From Tubulanus polymorphus (Eukaryota > Animalia > Nemertea), in NCBI RefSeq assembly GCF_964204645.1, contig NC_134033.1:13834655-13898654 (forward strand): 64,000 nucleotides of DNA. The letters are read 5' to 3'. A program made the translations under genes and the position numbers. Below are positions 1-11,707 of this stretch, in pieces (the stretch's first letter is position 1; the number at the start of each line of letters is the position of its first letter). The notes beneath the pieces are model-generated. The model was not told where the DNA came from. It did not search any database and worked only from the letters and a program-made list of their open reading frames with translations.

Positions 1-325
1 AGGAATAGTCGGGGGAAAAGCAAGTAAAAAAGTGACCACCCTGAAAGTGCTTACTTTTGCGTCGGCCTTCCTGCTATGAACACTGATATTGAACTAATCT
101 GAACTACTACTTAAAACGGACTGTTAGTCATGCCATCTGGTGGTGTACCAGTACCCTATCTCTCTCGTTGCCCGTAGGTGTTGGTTAACGGTCTCACGGT
201 CCGCGTAGGTTTCACTATTTTCATTAACGCTCTCACAAAGCTTGCACGCTCGGACATTTTTTTAGGTAAACATCGTCGTCGGAGGCGTGTTTTATCACCT
301 CTGATATCGTGCGTTGCATTTCCAG

Positions 326-3300
326 TGAAACAGTCTCCGCAGCGTAAACCGACCCTCGGCATTAGCTCGTCGATCAGCCAGTTCTGCGAAGAGATTCCTG
401 TCACCAGGGAAAAATTGTTCAAGGTATTATACAAATTCGATTCATTCCGTTGATCTCAAAATTGTGTTTGATAAGTTTGAATCTTTTATCAAAACTTGCG
501 GAAAGATTTTTGATATCGAAAAAAAATGTTGCCCTCGGACTGGATTTGAACCAGCGACCTAAGGAAGTCAGCTATGGCGATGCCTCTACAGTCCTCCGCT
601 CTACCAACTGAGCTACCGAGGGCAGATATTATAATTGTAACGTCTTGAGACTAAGTATTTTACTGTCTCTGATGCCAGGTGTGGGTAATGGAGTCATTGG
701 ATTCACCTGTTAGAAAAAAAAACATCCTGACAATAATTGATACAAATCGTATTTCCTATTTCAACAGGTTGCGTTTCGAAATCTTCGCGGCTTCACGAAA
801 AAAGAAATCCACAAACTACAAGTCAAAAATGAGATGTACTTGAACAGCGTGCGCCACCTGCAGGTGCCTCATTTAACTAAATCGGCGTCGTGCGAATCGC
901 TCGATTTGAAAGTTTCGAAATCGGCCAGCGAAATAAACGATGTGCACTCAGTTTGCGTACCTAGCGGTTCACTGTTGTCTCACGATCAGGTCAGTTAGTC
1001 TGCTACATATAGAGGGCGTTAGTTGTCGGACAGATTTATAGTAGACTCCTTCTAACTCGAATCAATTTGCTCCAATTTACTCACATTTGTATAAACTATA
1101 TCTGTGAATTCGAACCTGATAGGTCTAAAAAAACAAACGATAAAATTTCTGCTTAAAACTAAATCTTGCGATGTTTTCCGATTCTGTACACTTCGCTGCG
1201 TTGCAGTTCGCCAGCTGTCCTCGTTCGAGGTCAAGGTCGCTCGGCGTCATCGCCCTGGCAGACGTTAAATCTGCCATATTGACGTTACAAGATGTAAGTT
1301 CTTCGATGTCTGGTATAATTTCAATGTCTCCAGAAATACGTAGGACCTCGTTTTTAGTTTTACTGCCTTGAAATGATTTCAACGCCCAAGCGTCTGCCTC
1401 CAGATCGGTTGTATTATTAAATGTTAGAGCGGATTTTTCTTCCAGGCTTCTACGCATGGTGCATCTTATAATTTTCCTAAATTCAATTGAATTTTATGTT
1501 AGCCCTTAACTTTTTTCGCGAGAAAAATGCATGTAAGAATAATAGGTAAATAGCTCTATGTATTTAGGTGTTTAAAAGGTTGTTCAATAACCTGAAATAT
1601 TGCCGCCTGAACTAGCTTGTTAGCCCGAGGTAAAGGCTTGAATTTTGTTATTAGAAGTTTAACCTTCTTGTCGTTCGTTTGGCCGCATGTACTGGGCATG
1701 TAGATTTGACCTAGTTTTTAGTTGAGTTTCCAAATTCTGCTGTAGTCGAGCCATTAACTGTATATTATAAAACGAATTGAAATTGGTAATTTTTTGTAAT
1801 GGGTTGATTCTGAATGTGCATAAGATGAATTACGCGGAATCTGAATAGAAAATTGAATCTGTAATAGTTTTTGAATTGGCGTTACAGTGGCAGATGTTAT
1901 GGCAGTGGGTACCGACTAGGATGACGGTTTATCAGCCGACGTTACTGTACACGACCCAGGAACACGGAACAAGCATTAAAACACTGTACAGTCGATGTGA
2001 AGAATCGGAACCTATCATTATTATAATACAAACTTCAAACGGAGAGGTAACTTATTTCATTCAGTCGTTTTTACTCTTTCAGCACTGCAGTGCGGTGTAT
2101 AAATCGTGATAGACTTTGCTAGTACACTGCACTGTGGTGTATTGATGTACTTAATTGTCTCATTCAGTCATTTTAACCCTTTCAGTGCATCCTCACTGCA
2201 GTGCGGTGTATAAATCATGATGGACTTTGCTAGTACACTGCACTGTGGTGTATTGATGTACTTAATTGTCTCATTCAGTCATTTTAACCCTTCCAGTGTA
2301 TCCGCACTGCAGTGCGGTGTATAAATTGTGATGGACTTTGCTAGTCCACCTCATTGCGGTGTGTTGATGTACTAATGCAGCTATCAATGTGAACTCTGAC
2401 CCCCCCCTAGTTCAGACATTCGACTCCAATTCGACACATACCATAAATCTTTCCGCTCAGGTTTCGACAGATTATCACTATTACCATAGATGACATTAGT
2501 CAGGTTTTCGTCACTTTTATAGAATAACCTCGTCAGGGCTTCGACAGCTTTCCACTAGACAGATTTCCTTAAGAAATACAATACGCCAGGTATTCGACAC
2601 AATGTAGCATGTTTATTAATTTCATTTCTTTTATTAAAACTATAAAATCTTAACAAAACTTAACTCATTTTATAAGCCTTTTGAAACAGCAGTGACATGC
2701 TGCAGACATGATAGATGAAGCAACGTCATGTTTCTTCCAAGATCAAACTTCATTGTAAAAGAAATACCAGATTGAAGTGATAAATAATGCTAAGCTAACA
2801 ATTAAATGTGACAACTTCTGTGAGAATTTCCCACGATATAGAGGCTCTGGCGACCTGACGTTTTAGTGAAGCGACATATCCGATCGGGAGCGTAACAACG
2901 GAAGGTAAACTGACTATATGTCCCGTATGTTCAAACCGCATATCAAACCGCTTTTCGTCAGACTTTCGAAGTAGGTTTAGATTGGAATCCGCCAGACATT
3001 CGATGCTCAATGAATACATAATCGTCACGCATTCGATAGAGATACGACACCCATTTCTTTTGGGTTCGCCAGAGATTCGTTAATTACTAAAAAAGTCTTC
3101 GTTCAGGATCCACCAATTTTCACGTCGAAATCCTGGCGATGGATGAACTAGGGGGGGTCAGGGTTCACATTGATAGCTGCATAAGTCTGTCACTTGTCTG
3201 TAAAAACCGTTCTTATTTCTATCTTCAATGAATTAAAAATTTTGCTTTTTTTTTCCTTCAGAAATTCGGTGCATATTTATCGATGTCGTTGTCGTGTCGA

Positions 3301-4057
3301 CGTAAACGCGACAAGCTGTCGTTTTTCGGCACGGGTGAAACGTTTCTGTTCTCGTTCCAACCGCGACTCGTTAAATACGACTGGGTCGGCGTCGGATGCA
3401 AACAGGACGTCACCGCCAAACAGAACTTGTTCATAGCCGGCGATCATAACGTGCTGATGATCGGTGGAGGGTAAGTCAGCGTTTGCTTGTTTCATCGGAA
3501 CACCTCACTCCGAGTCAGAGAATCTTACAAACCTTCTCTCAGGCCTGATTTTTAATTACTTTGAGTACGGATTGTTTACAGAAAAGAAATGGGAGGGCAA
3601 AGGGAATGAAATAGTATTTTCCACGTAAATCCATGGAAGGACTTCAAAATAAATACGTGTAAAAATTGTGATGAATATTGATATTGATATTGACTCCCAG
3701 CTTTCGAGCTCACAACATTTCTATCCCAGTCATCACCTGATTCTGGAGAGCGCTTTTTGTGATAGTTCTACCGTTTACAAGGGAAAAATTCCGAATCCTT
3801 AGTTTGTTTTTTAGAAAAACTTCTTTCTTTAATGCTCAACTCCGTATTCAATAATATTGATGATGAATATTTGCAGAATATCGCATTCAAACGAGTGACT
3901 TGTCTATTTTCTATTTTGCAGTGATGGTGTCGCTATCCGACTGGATGAAGAATTACGACACGGCGAATCGGACACTAGCGCCACCTTTAATAACGAACCG
4001 TTGTGCTCGAGTACACAGTTTCTATGTTCGACTGTTGAAGTTTTTGGTTTACAATGA
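326..4057 (+). CDS. TBC1D24: TBC1 domain family member 24 / skywalker (end of TBC domain plus TLDc domain), 5'-partial
   Basis: Inferred exons ~326-423, 768-989, 1888-2046, 3262-3470, 3922-4057 with GT-AG ends. They splice to ...EIPVTREKLFK|VAFRNLRGFTKKEIHKLQVKNEMYL...|WQMLWQWVPTRMTVYQPTLLYTTQEHGTSIKTLYSRC...|KFGAYLS...FFGTGETFLFSF...LMIGGG|DGVAIRLDEELRHGESDTSATFNNEPLC...VEVFGLQ*. The TLDc motifs (HG.S, FGTGETFLF, TFNNEPL) are clear and the preceding helix matches TBC1D24. The first acceptor is uncertain. Confidence 0.88.
531..622 (-). tRNA. tRNA-Tyr(GTA) with a 19-nt intron and atypical C73 and T38
   Basis: The minus strand reads CCCTCGG TA GCTCAGTTGGTAGAGC G GAGGA CTGTAG [aggcatcgccatagctgac] T TCCTT AGGTC GCTGG TTCAAAT CCAGT CCGAGGG C. 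All four stems pair, A and B boxes are present, and a T-run Pol III terminator follows 4 nt downstream. Confidence 0.9.
1125..1457 (-). CDS. Hypothetical 110-aa single-exon ORF, antisense within a TBC1D24 intron
   Basis: Open frame with the ATG in ACCATG context and ordinary amino-acid composition. No recognised domain. Confidence 0.3.
   Translation of the reverse strand: MRRSLEEKSALTFNNTTDLEADAWALKSFQGSKTKNEVLRISGDIEIIPDIEELTSCNVNMADLTSARAMTPSDLDLERGQLANCNAAKCTESENIARFSFKQKFYRLFF
2057..2372. repeat. Three tandem ~105-111 bp units derived from the left end of a piggyBac-like MITE
   Basis: Unit TCATTCAGTCATTTTAACCCTTTCAGTG...CACTGCAGTGCGGTGTATAAATC.TGATGGACTTTGCTAGTACACTGCACTGTGGTGTATTGATGTAC, which matches 42539-42625. 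Confidence 0.85.
2376..3181. mobile_element. Non-autonomous PIF/Harbinger-like DNA transposon, ~806 bp
   Basis: ~39-bp TIRs (TGCAGCTATCAATGTGAACTCTGACCCCCCCCTAGTTCA / TGAACTAGGGGGGGTCAGGGTTCACATTGATAGCTGCA) flanked by TAA at 2373-2375 and 3182-3184. Confidence 0.85.
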
Positions 4058-4148
4058 ACTCGCATAAAATAATCTTCAAAGTGCTTTTGTTCCAATGTGT
4101 GGTGCGGCTTTACTTAATGTATAACAAATGTCAGTCTTATTTATAGAC

Positions 4149-4560
4149 AGTCAGTAACCGAACTGTGGTTGAGTCAGTAACTGGACTGTGGTTTAGTCAG
4201 TAACCGGACTGTGGTTTAGTCAGTATCTGGACTACAGTTTACAAGTAGTCAGTAACCGAACGGTGGTTTAGTCAGTAACTGGACTGTGGTTTAGTCAGTA
4301 ACTGGACTGTGGTTTAGTCAGTAACTGGACTGTGGTTTAGTCAGTAACCAGGCTGTGGTTTAGTCAGTAACTGGACTGTGGTTTAGTCAGTAACCGGACT
4401 GTGGTTTAGACAGTAACCAGGCTGTGGTTTAGTCAGTAACTGGACTGTGGTTTAGTCAGTAACCGGACTGTGGTTTAGTCAGTATCTGGACTACAGTTTA
4501 CAAGTAGTCAGTAACCAAACTGTGGTTTAGTCAGTAACCAGGCTGTGGTTTAGTCCGGAC
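4149..4560. repeat. 23-bp minisatellite (AGTCAGTAACTGGACTGTGGTTT)n just downstream of the TBC1D24 stop
   Basis: About 17 head-to-tail units with no spacers. A longer variant unit (TATCTGGACTACAGTTTACAAGT) occurs twice, at ~4224 and ~4483. Confidence 0.95.
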
Positions 4561-4969
4561 TATAGGCCCTACTGAAATAATGTTGAACAAATCTTAAAGG
4601 TCCAAAAATAAGGTCCAATCCAAAAAGTTCCAACATAATACTGTACATAAAATTAAATTATATTGGAATTGATGTGAAAAGTCAATCCCTCACTTGCCAG
4701 TGCTTGCACATGAGAGTGATATTTTTTGTTACACGTATGTCTGTATGTTATACTCTTGTTGATGTATATATGTTATGTTAGCAATGCAGTTCTGTGCCGG
4801 TCTATTCCAAATATGGGCATAGATCTTTTACAAAAAGAAGTTTGTGGAAACATCTTTGAAGCCGGTTGCCGTATCAGTGAAGTAGACTCGGTGGCAAGAA
4901 GAGCAGCGCAATCTACCCTGCTTACTCCAGAACAGTGTTACCAGAATTTTTGATCTGATCCAGATATTA

Positions 4970-5276
4970 CAGGGTCCCTACAACTCCTTAATACCTTAAG
5001 AACTCCTTAAGAATGGAAAATGCTTTCAAATGTGCTTGAAACTCCTTTTATTCGACTAAATCAGTTAAGACCAGGATTTGTCGCCCAGTTAGGTGGTTAC
5101 CGAATTAAGATAGGAATTCGCTTATAAAACCACGGAATTAATGGTTTACCGAGATAAACAGTATCAATCTAGGAGGAGTCTATTGTTATTGGGATGCAGA
5201 CACACTTCCTCGAAATTTGAAATTTTTTCCTATGAAACTGCTTATATCCAGAAATGACTGAACTGTGGGGACCCTG
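4970..5276. mobile_element. MITE with CAGGGTCCC termini (hAT-like ends); further copies at 45612-45997 and 52142-52567, fragments near 25120 and 39620
   Basis: TIRs CAGGGTCCCTAC / GTGGGGACCCTG and shared internal strings (GAAAATGCTTT.AAA.GTGCTTGAA, TTCCTCGAAATTTGAAATTT, AATGACTGA.CTGT.GGGACC). No TSD could be read. Confidence 0.75.
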
Positions 5277-7104
5277 TTGTATTATTGATGTTTGATATGA
5301 TGTTTAATCGGCATTTTTAATAAATCAGGTTTATTTCGTCAGATCAAAATAATTTGGATTACCACAAGAGGATGAGTCTAATGCCGTAATAATCATAGTG
5401 TTAAGATTTTGTTGTTTTTTTTTAAGGAGCGCGTGGTAACAGTTATAAACTGTTTTATACATGATAAATATGAATGATATGATAGAGATTATTGTTTGTC
5501 CAGTACCAAATTCTATGCACAAAATACTGATCGAGTGCAAGTAAAAGATGGACCCCGCTCGAATTGAACAACGCGAAGATTCACCTATTTGTCTTTTATG
5601 AAATATTGAAAAGAGTAAAGAAATATATTTTCAACACTTTATATGAGAAGCAATGTCTGATGACATCTAACTCTGATATCACACAGAAGTCGAACAAAAA
5701 TTTACGGTCCCAAAAGGGCCGGACTAGAGCGGAGTCTACTTTAGTCACGTGTAAAACAAACCTATTCATTTCAACGTGCAATATTGATACAATCTGTACT
5801 GTCGCAATCTAATAGGAATTTATGGAGCTTTAAAAGTATAGGTTTGAAAATAGCAATTTTCCGCAAAACAGTTGCAGACGGCCAAGATTTATTTGGCTGT
5901 TACACGGTAACCATAAATCCTGTTTGAGAATTTGGTGCCGTGAGAATCGTATTTTATCTCGAATGTTCGATCTCGCGTCTGCCTGGTTTAATGCACTACT
6001 CTGGCGTAGAACCGGGTCGTGTTTTATAGATTTAAAATACATAGTGCCAAGTTATTAGCGAAATGATACTCAATTGTGGTCAGATTTGTGATTTATAAGT
6101 TTTGCAATATTGTACAATGTATGCAAAGTACGTATTGTTAGTGTTATGATAGTGCATAATAAGTACTCTGTATATGTTCTCTTGGGAGAGGGGAGGGGAA
6201 GTTTGCCTAGATGTTGCTGTTTGTGGGAGGAGGGTAGATGGAATGGAATCAGTGATAGATTTGCTCTTGCTACCTCCAGGTGCGGATATAGAGGACAATT
6301 TTGAAGAGCCTGTCACAGCCCAAAATGACACTTAGACATCCACAAAGGTTATATTGTACTCCCTTTGGTGACAAAATGAAAAAGGGCACTCAAAAAAGTC
6401 CCCCTGGATCCGCTGCTTACCTCTCAGTTGAATCTTTGAGTAATGCCGAGGTTGAATGATGAAGGTCGCCGTTAATTAGGAATAAATGTTCAGCTTTGTT
6501 CGATGTGAACCAAAAATGTGCTTTAAAGCAATAAAATAAACATGTATTATTATTATAATATCTGTAGTTTTATTGACGATCTCTGGCGAAAAGACATCGC
6601 TGGAAATCGTGGAGGATGATATATGCCTATTTGAGGCTGTCCATAAAAGATGTCCCCTGGACCTTGGACAGCCGTTTTCCTTATGGTTCGTGTGGACTGC
6701 AGCTTATATCAGAACAACTCGCAAACAGTTTATCACTTTCCTTTATTAATTGACTCGAATCAAAAAAGTAACGTTTAAATGATTAAAACAATGTCCACAA
6801 ACTCGACGATGTATTTGCCATCATGAATTACCGCGGACTCGACCCTCTCAATTCTAGGGTCAGATATAACGTATAACTTAAGCTGGTATTCACGAGCGGT
6901 TTCCAGCGGCAACGGGAGAAAGCTAATTGGAACCGCTCGTGGAAATCAGTTTATATCTCGAAAAGGACCACCCATCTCAACGAGGTACCGGCAACCCACC
7001 AGATTGCGCGGATAACAGTCGGTTGACGTCTGAAACTCCCACAACCGATGTATGTAATGTTTACAGTATATGATATGTGTGTTTCCACAGTTGCCGTGTA
7101 TTGG

Positions 7105-7275
7105 TTATGAAAATCTTGATTTCTTTGGATTTTTTTGTAAAATTTCAATGAAAGCGACGAAATATTATTATAATTTACTAGTGTTTAGCAGAGAGGACGT
7201 AATCCGTTGTTCATCGAGGTGAAACGTAGAATGATAAATTTTTGGTGTAAAACTGTGTCTGGAAAACTATCTTTT
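7105..7275 (+). mobile_element. Degraded non-LTR retrotransposon ORF2 C-terminal fragment
   Basis: Reads AERGRNPLFIEVKRRMINFWCKTVSGK, resembling the ELGR.PL.I.IK.RMI.FW motif found after the RT domain of invertebrate LINEs. Confidence 0.4.
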
Positions 7276-7591
7276 CGAATAGACGAACGTAGTTCAATTT
7301 CAACCAACCTTTTGCCTGGATCTCAAAATAGTTATCATTAAGAAAAGCTGCCAAGCAGTTTAACAATCCACAGAATCGGGCGTTCGGTATTCAAAAATAA
7401 CTGATTTACTTTGATAAGATGATATAAAAGCGCGTTTAGTTGCTGGAAAATTGAAACGGGCGGAAAAGTAACGTAGCTCGTCGAGTTGCCGGTACCCCAT
7501 TATAGGGCCTTTTCAACAACTTTCAATGACTAATATCTTCACAACTACATAACTAGATGAATGCTACTATGTACAAAGTCTTAAAAGCGTT

Positions 7592-10500
7592 TCAGCCGAA
7601 ATTGAAAGACGGCGCGTGAAGTCGATTTCGCAAGTTCGTTCGGACGACAGCGTTTGGAATCTTTCTGCAAAACCCGCACGTTTTACGACAGTTTCTCTCC
7701 ATGTATATTTTGTTACCGGGAACGTTACAGTATGACGCCCAAACCGGGCAATTAATCTCCTTATCGCGGCATCTCCTGAGAATAGAAAACATTTTCAAAA
7801 TTATAGGATTTTATGTATTTCGACACGCTTTTTACGAAACGAAATATTTTTGTCGTGGGAACGAAATAATCTGTTCGTTCGAATAAGAAGAAAATATATC
7901 TTTCACTATGTCACGGTCTCCCCGGGGCTCCGCACTTTTTCGAAGCTTTAAAGAGGAATTTTTTCAAAAATTTGATATCGCGGAACCTCTTTACATGACC
8001 TCGGATATAACGATTTATCGGTTACATTTATAAAAAAAACTTTGACTTTTGTTCCAAGTAGGAAAATTTCAATAACACATATATACTGGAGGAGTTCGTT
8101 GTAATGAGGTCCCACCGTTACTCGTAAAAGACTACGATTATGAACCGAACCTATCCTCGATTGCCACAGTAACGTTACCGATACCCATACGTGTAGAAGA
8201 ACGCATCTTTACCCGTCAAGGGATTCGAACCCACTACGCTTAAGCTGTTCCCCGAACCCCTTGACCTCACGAGTCGTTGGAGTCGTTACTAGCCGACCAG
8301 AATCACAGCGCTTGTAACAAACCGACAGTAGACTTCTGTTGGTTTTCCCGTTAAATTGACCAATCAGCGAACGTTTTACCGAACAAGGAAGTATTTCGCA
8401 AATCGATATATGACGTCACGCGCAACAGCGCCAGTAATGAAATCACGCTTCGTGAGGCCAGGGGGCTGGTGGAAGCGAGTTCGGGAGTGATACCGGACCC
8501 CTGGCAAGCGAGGATGAGAAGAACGTGATATCACAAAATACGCACACGAAGACGACTTTAGGTGAAGTAGTTGCGTGATGTTGTTTTTTACTGCGATGCT
8601 GTCGACACAATCCGCATGTTTTAGCGCAGTTTTCAGCCATGTAACGCACGTATGCGCCGTCGTAACGATGACAGTAATTCCTCCATTTTTTACATTGAAG
8701 ACCCTTATCTTTACATTCAACAACTGAAAGTACAAGCCGTGCAAGTTTTCAGAAGTTTCAAATGCATATAATTAAAAGGACAATCATTGAAATAGGGCAT
8801 CGATGCTGATCTCTGAACCAATTCTCGCTGATCATCTTTATCCATTTACAGATCATATCGTTCTCTCCCAATTCCTGCTCATCCACAAATTGGTTACTTG
8901 AAATTGGTTACTTGATAGTTACTGAAATCTCATACCCAACCCACATTCATTAACCTATCATGAAACCCCCGCACTTCCACATCTATTACCTTCCCTCTAC
9001 CCCAGATTCAAACCTCACTCCTCTTCAGATGCCACTCACTCGCGCCTCTGATTCAATCCTCTTTCGTTACCTATTTTAGCGGTTTTCTCGACTACCGCGT
9101 TCTTATCGCTAACAACTCTGGTTTCCTTTTTGTATTGTTGGTCGTTGAATCTGTTGATTTTGAAATTTCCGTTGAAGCTGCCGCATTGTGGGAACCCTCG
9201 TGGTGGGTACGGTACCCTGTCCTCTGCTTCTGATAGTAATGTTGCCATTCCGCTTTCCTGTTGATCGACTACCATCGAATGCAGTAACCACAAACCAGGA
9301 TTATCGGCCTTGAATCGCAAAACCACATATCCTAAAAAGAAAATCGAAAGGAACGTAAAGCAGTTTTCGATTGGTTTCTACCGATTCTGGGATTTTGCCT
9401 CGTTGGTTTTCGACCAGAATACCTATTCCGGAATAGAGTAATCTGTAAACCCGATAGAAATGGCCGGTGGATATTTCCGGAATTGATACTTAAATCGGAA
9501 AACGTTCAATCGAAGCCTACGTTCATCAACTTCAATGGTAAACGAACGATTATTTCCACATTTTCAGTCATTACCTCCTGACGGAATGGTGACACTATCT
9601 TTCAGCGGTGGGTTGACTAAATTCAAATTGGTGACGTCATCACCGGTTAGTGACGTATTCGACCATCGCACTCGATTGCAGAATGGTAGCTTGGTCGTTC
9701 CGTTCGCGCATTCCAGATCTGAGTTATCGTCGGTTACGCGACCGGTTTCACTACTCAGCCGCGCGAAGGCGACCTTCAAAACGTGGAATCGATGCCCGTG
9801 AAGATGTGCGGGTACCTGCGCGCGACCTTCACCTATACTGGACAGCACGAGTTGAACGGTAGCGCCGGCCGCTAGTTCTACACTGGACGTACAGTTACAG
9901 ATGGCGACGCCGCTGCATCCGCTCTGATCGGTGCACGGGGTCGACAGGATACCGTTACTATGCGACCAGCGACTGGTCAACAATGATCCGGTCGGCTGGA
10001 CGAATCGGATACCGTTCACGGAACCGGGACGATAGTTGACGCCGGCGCTGGGAAAACCGAAATTCATGAACAGTTCAACGGACGACGCAGAAAAAGACGG
10101 CACCTGAATTCAAGAGGATCTTCCTTAATGATTCAAGTTTCTTGCAATGTCACACTATATCATAATATGACATTCAATTTCAATTTGTTCTAAGATAGAG
10201 AAAAGTAAGGTTAAGCATATGCAAATCTGATTCATGCAAAAATTATGCAAATCTGAAAATCGATTTATTTAGACAGAAATGTTGGTTGGTCAATAAAACA
10301 TACCGTTGGACTGCCAGCTGCTGCGTTGATAGTATTCCAGTTTAAACAGGTTGAAACAGCCGCGGGTCCATAGTTACTAAAAGGACAAGCGAATTCAACG
10401 CACGGTTTCGCGATCGTGCACTGTCTCGGTATGGCGAACGGTTCTTGTCGCTCCGTTTTTCCGACGGTCGGCAAGCGAGGATCGTTGATCCGTATTATAG

Positions 10501-11707
10501 CGTCACCCGTAATGATTCCCGCCTCGGCGTGTAACCACGTGTCTTGCAGACTCATAACGTCTAACAGAAAATCCACTCGCTCGCCAGGGCCGATGTTGAT
10601 GTAGTCGACCTTGACCGGCTGGATTTCGGAGCCGTCGACGGCCACGACGTCAACTTGGTTTCCGAAAACCGAAACTTTGAACGTCGACTCAGATGCTGCA
10701 TTGATCATTCGAAACCGATACACGGTCAACAGTTCAACGTGAAACTCAGTCAACGGTGAAAATGTCTGATGTAAACGATCGTTATTGCGCCCTCTACCGT
10801 TCACTAGTATCGATTGAATACGCTTGCTAGACTGCGCTAAGTTCGGGTCACGTGACGGGCGAGTAATGAGCTCTTTGTCCGTTGTATAATGAGACCAGTC
10901 GGACAGCACGACCACGTGTTCCCGTTCCGGTTCCCCGGACTCGGCGGCCGCGTTATGGTTTGTCGTTGAATTCGACTTGACGACGAACGCTCCGTAGAGG
11001 CCTACACTACGTTGATCCCCGATACTTGAGTAGTACATATGCGTGCCACCAGGGCCCGCTATAAACCGATATGTAAATTCTTGTCCGGGCAAAATTGGGC
11101 ATTGCGTCACAAAGGCTGTTCCGTCCATCCAAGGGGTATCAATTTGATGGATACCGTGCCAGTGAATGGCCACGTTTTCGGTTCGTAATCTATTGACGAC
11201 CTTTATCACCATCTCCTGGTCTTCGTATGCTTCGATAGGTGGCGCTGGCAAAGATCCATTGGCGGTTATGGCCAATCGTGGCACTCTAAAACCGTCTGCG
11301 ACCAAAACCTCATCCGGGTTCACTTCAGATCCAGCTAGTAGATTGTAGCGCCACCCAGCATTGGCTACCGCCATCACATCGGCGTATTTATACAACAAAC
11401 CGTTATAGGTCACGAGGGCTGTACTTCCGTGCATCATCGTCAGTTTTTCCTCGATAATCAGCGTCAGTTCGCATGTCGGGCTTTTAGCGTCGCATGAACC
11501 TTGCCGTGTAGCGTGCAAATTGGGAGCTGGAAATAATAAGTTACTAGTTAAGCTAGCTTTCCGCTAACAGTGGGTTAATCTTAGTTCTCATAATCGAACA
11601 AAGGCTGAAATAAATGAAGACGCACCTTGTTGATAAGCCGTTGTTCGGTTCACACAGACAGTACTAAACACCAACAGCAAAATCAGGAAGCAAAACATTT
11701 GTTCCAT
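7592..11707 (-). CDS. Secreted multicopper-oxidase (laccase-like) protein with degenerate copper ligands and two C-terminal ShKT domains, ~818 aa
   Basis: Six phase-consistent exons: 11707-11626 (signal peptide MEQMFCFLILLLVFSTVCVNRTTA), 11526-10304, 10103-9575, 9331-9071, 8723-8546, 7775-7592. Cupredoxin-domain motifs IHWHGIHQ..PWMDG...TQCPI, SILVNGRG, YRFRMINA, GPGERVDFLL, HLHGH, NPPLKDSVTIP.GGYVVLRFKADNPGLW. ShKT domains CKDKGLQC...C...CAKTCGLC and CRDKEINC...C...CRKTCGFC. Confidence 0.88.
8204..8516 (-). mobile_element. ~313-bp MITE with a 9-bp TSD (AGAAGAACG), in the intron between the two ShKT exons
   Basis: TSDs at 8195-8203 and 8517-8525, CATC...GATG termini, and a near-identical inverted copy at 34773-35103. 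Confidence 0.9.

Noticed and set aside
4149-4560. 23-bp repeat array as a CRISPR array
   Set aside because: Units are contiguous with no unique spacers, there are no cas genes, and the context is eukaryotic.
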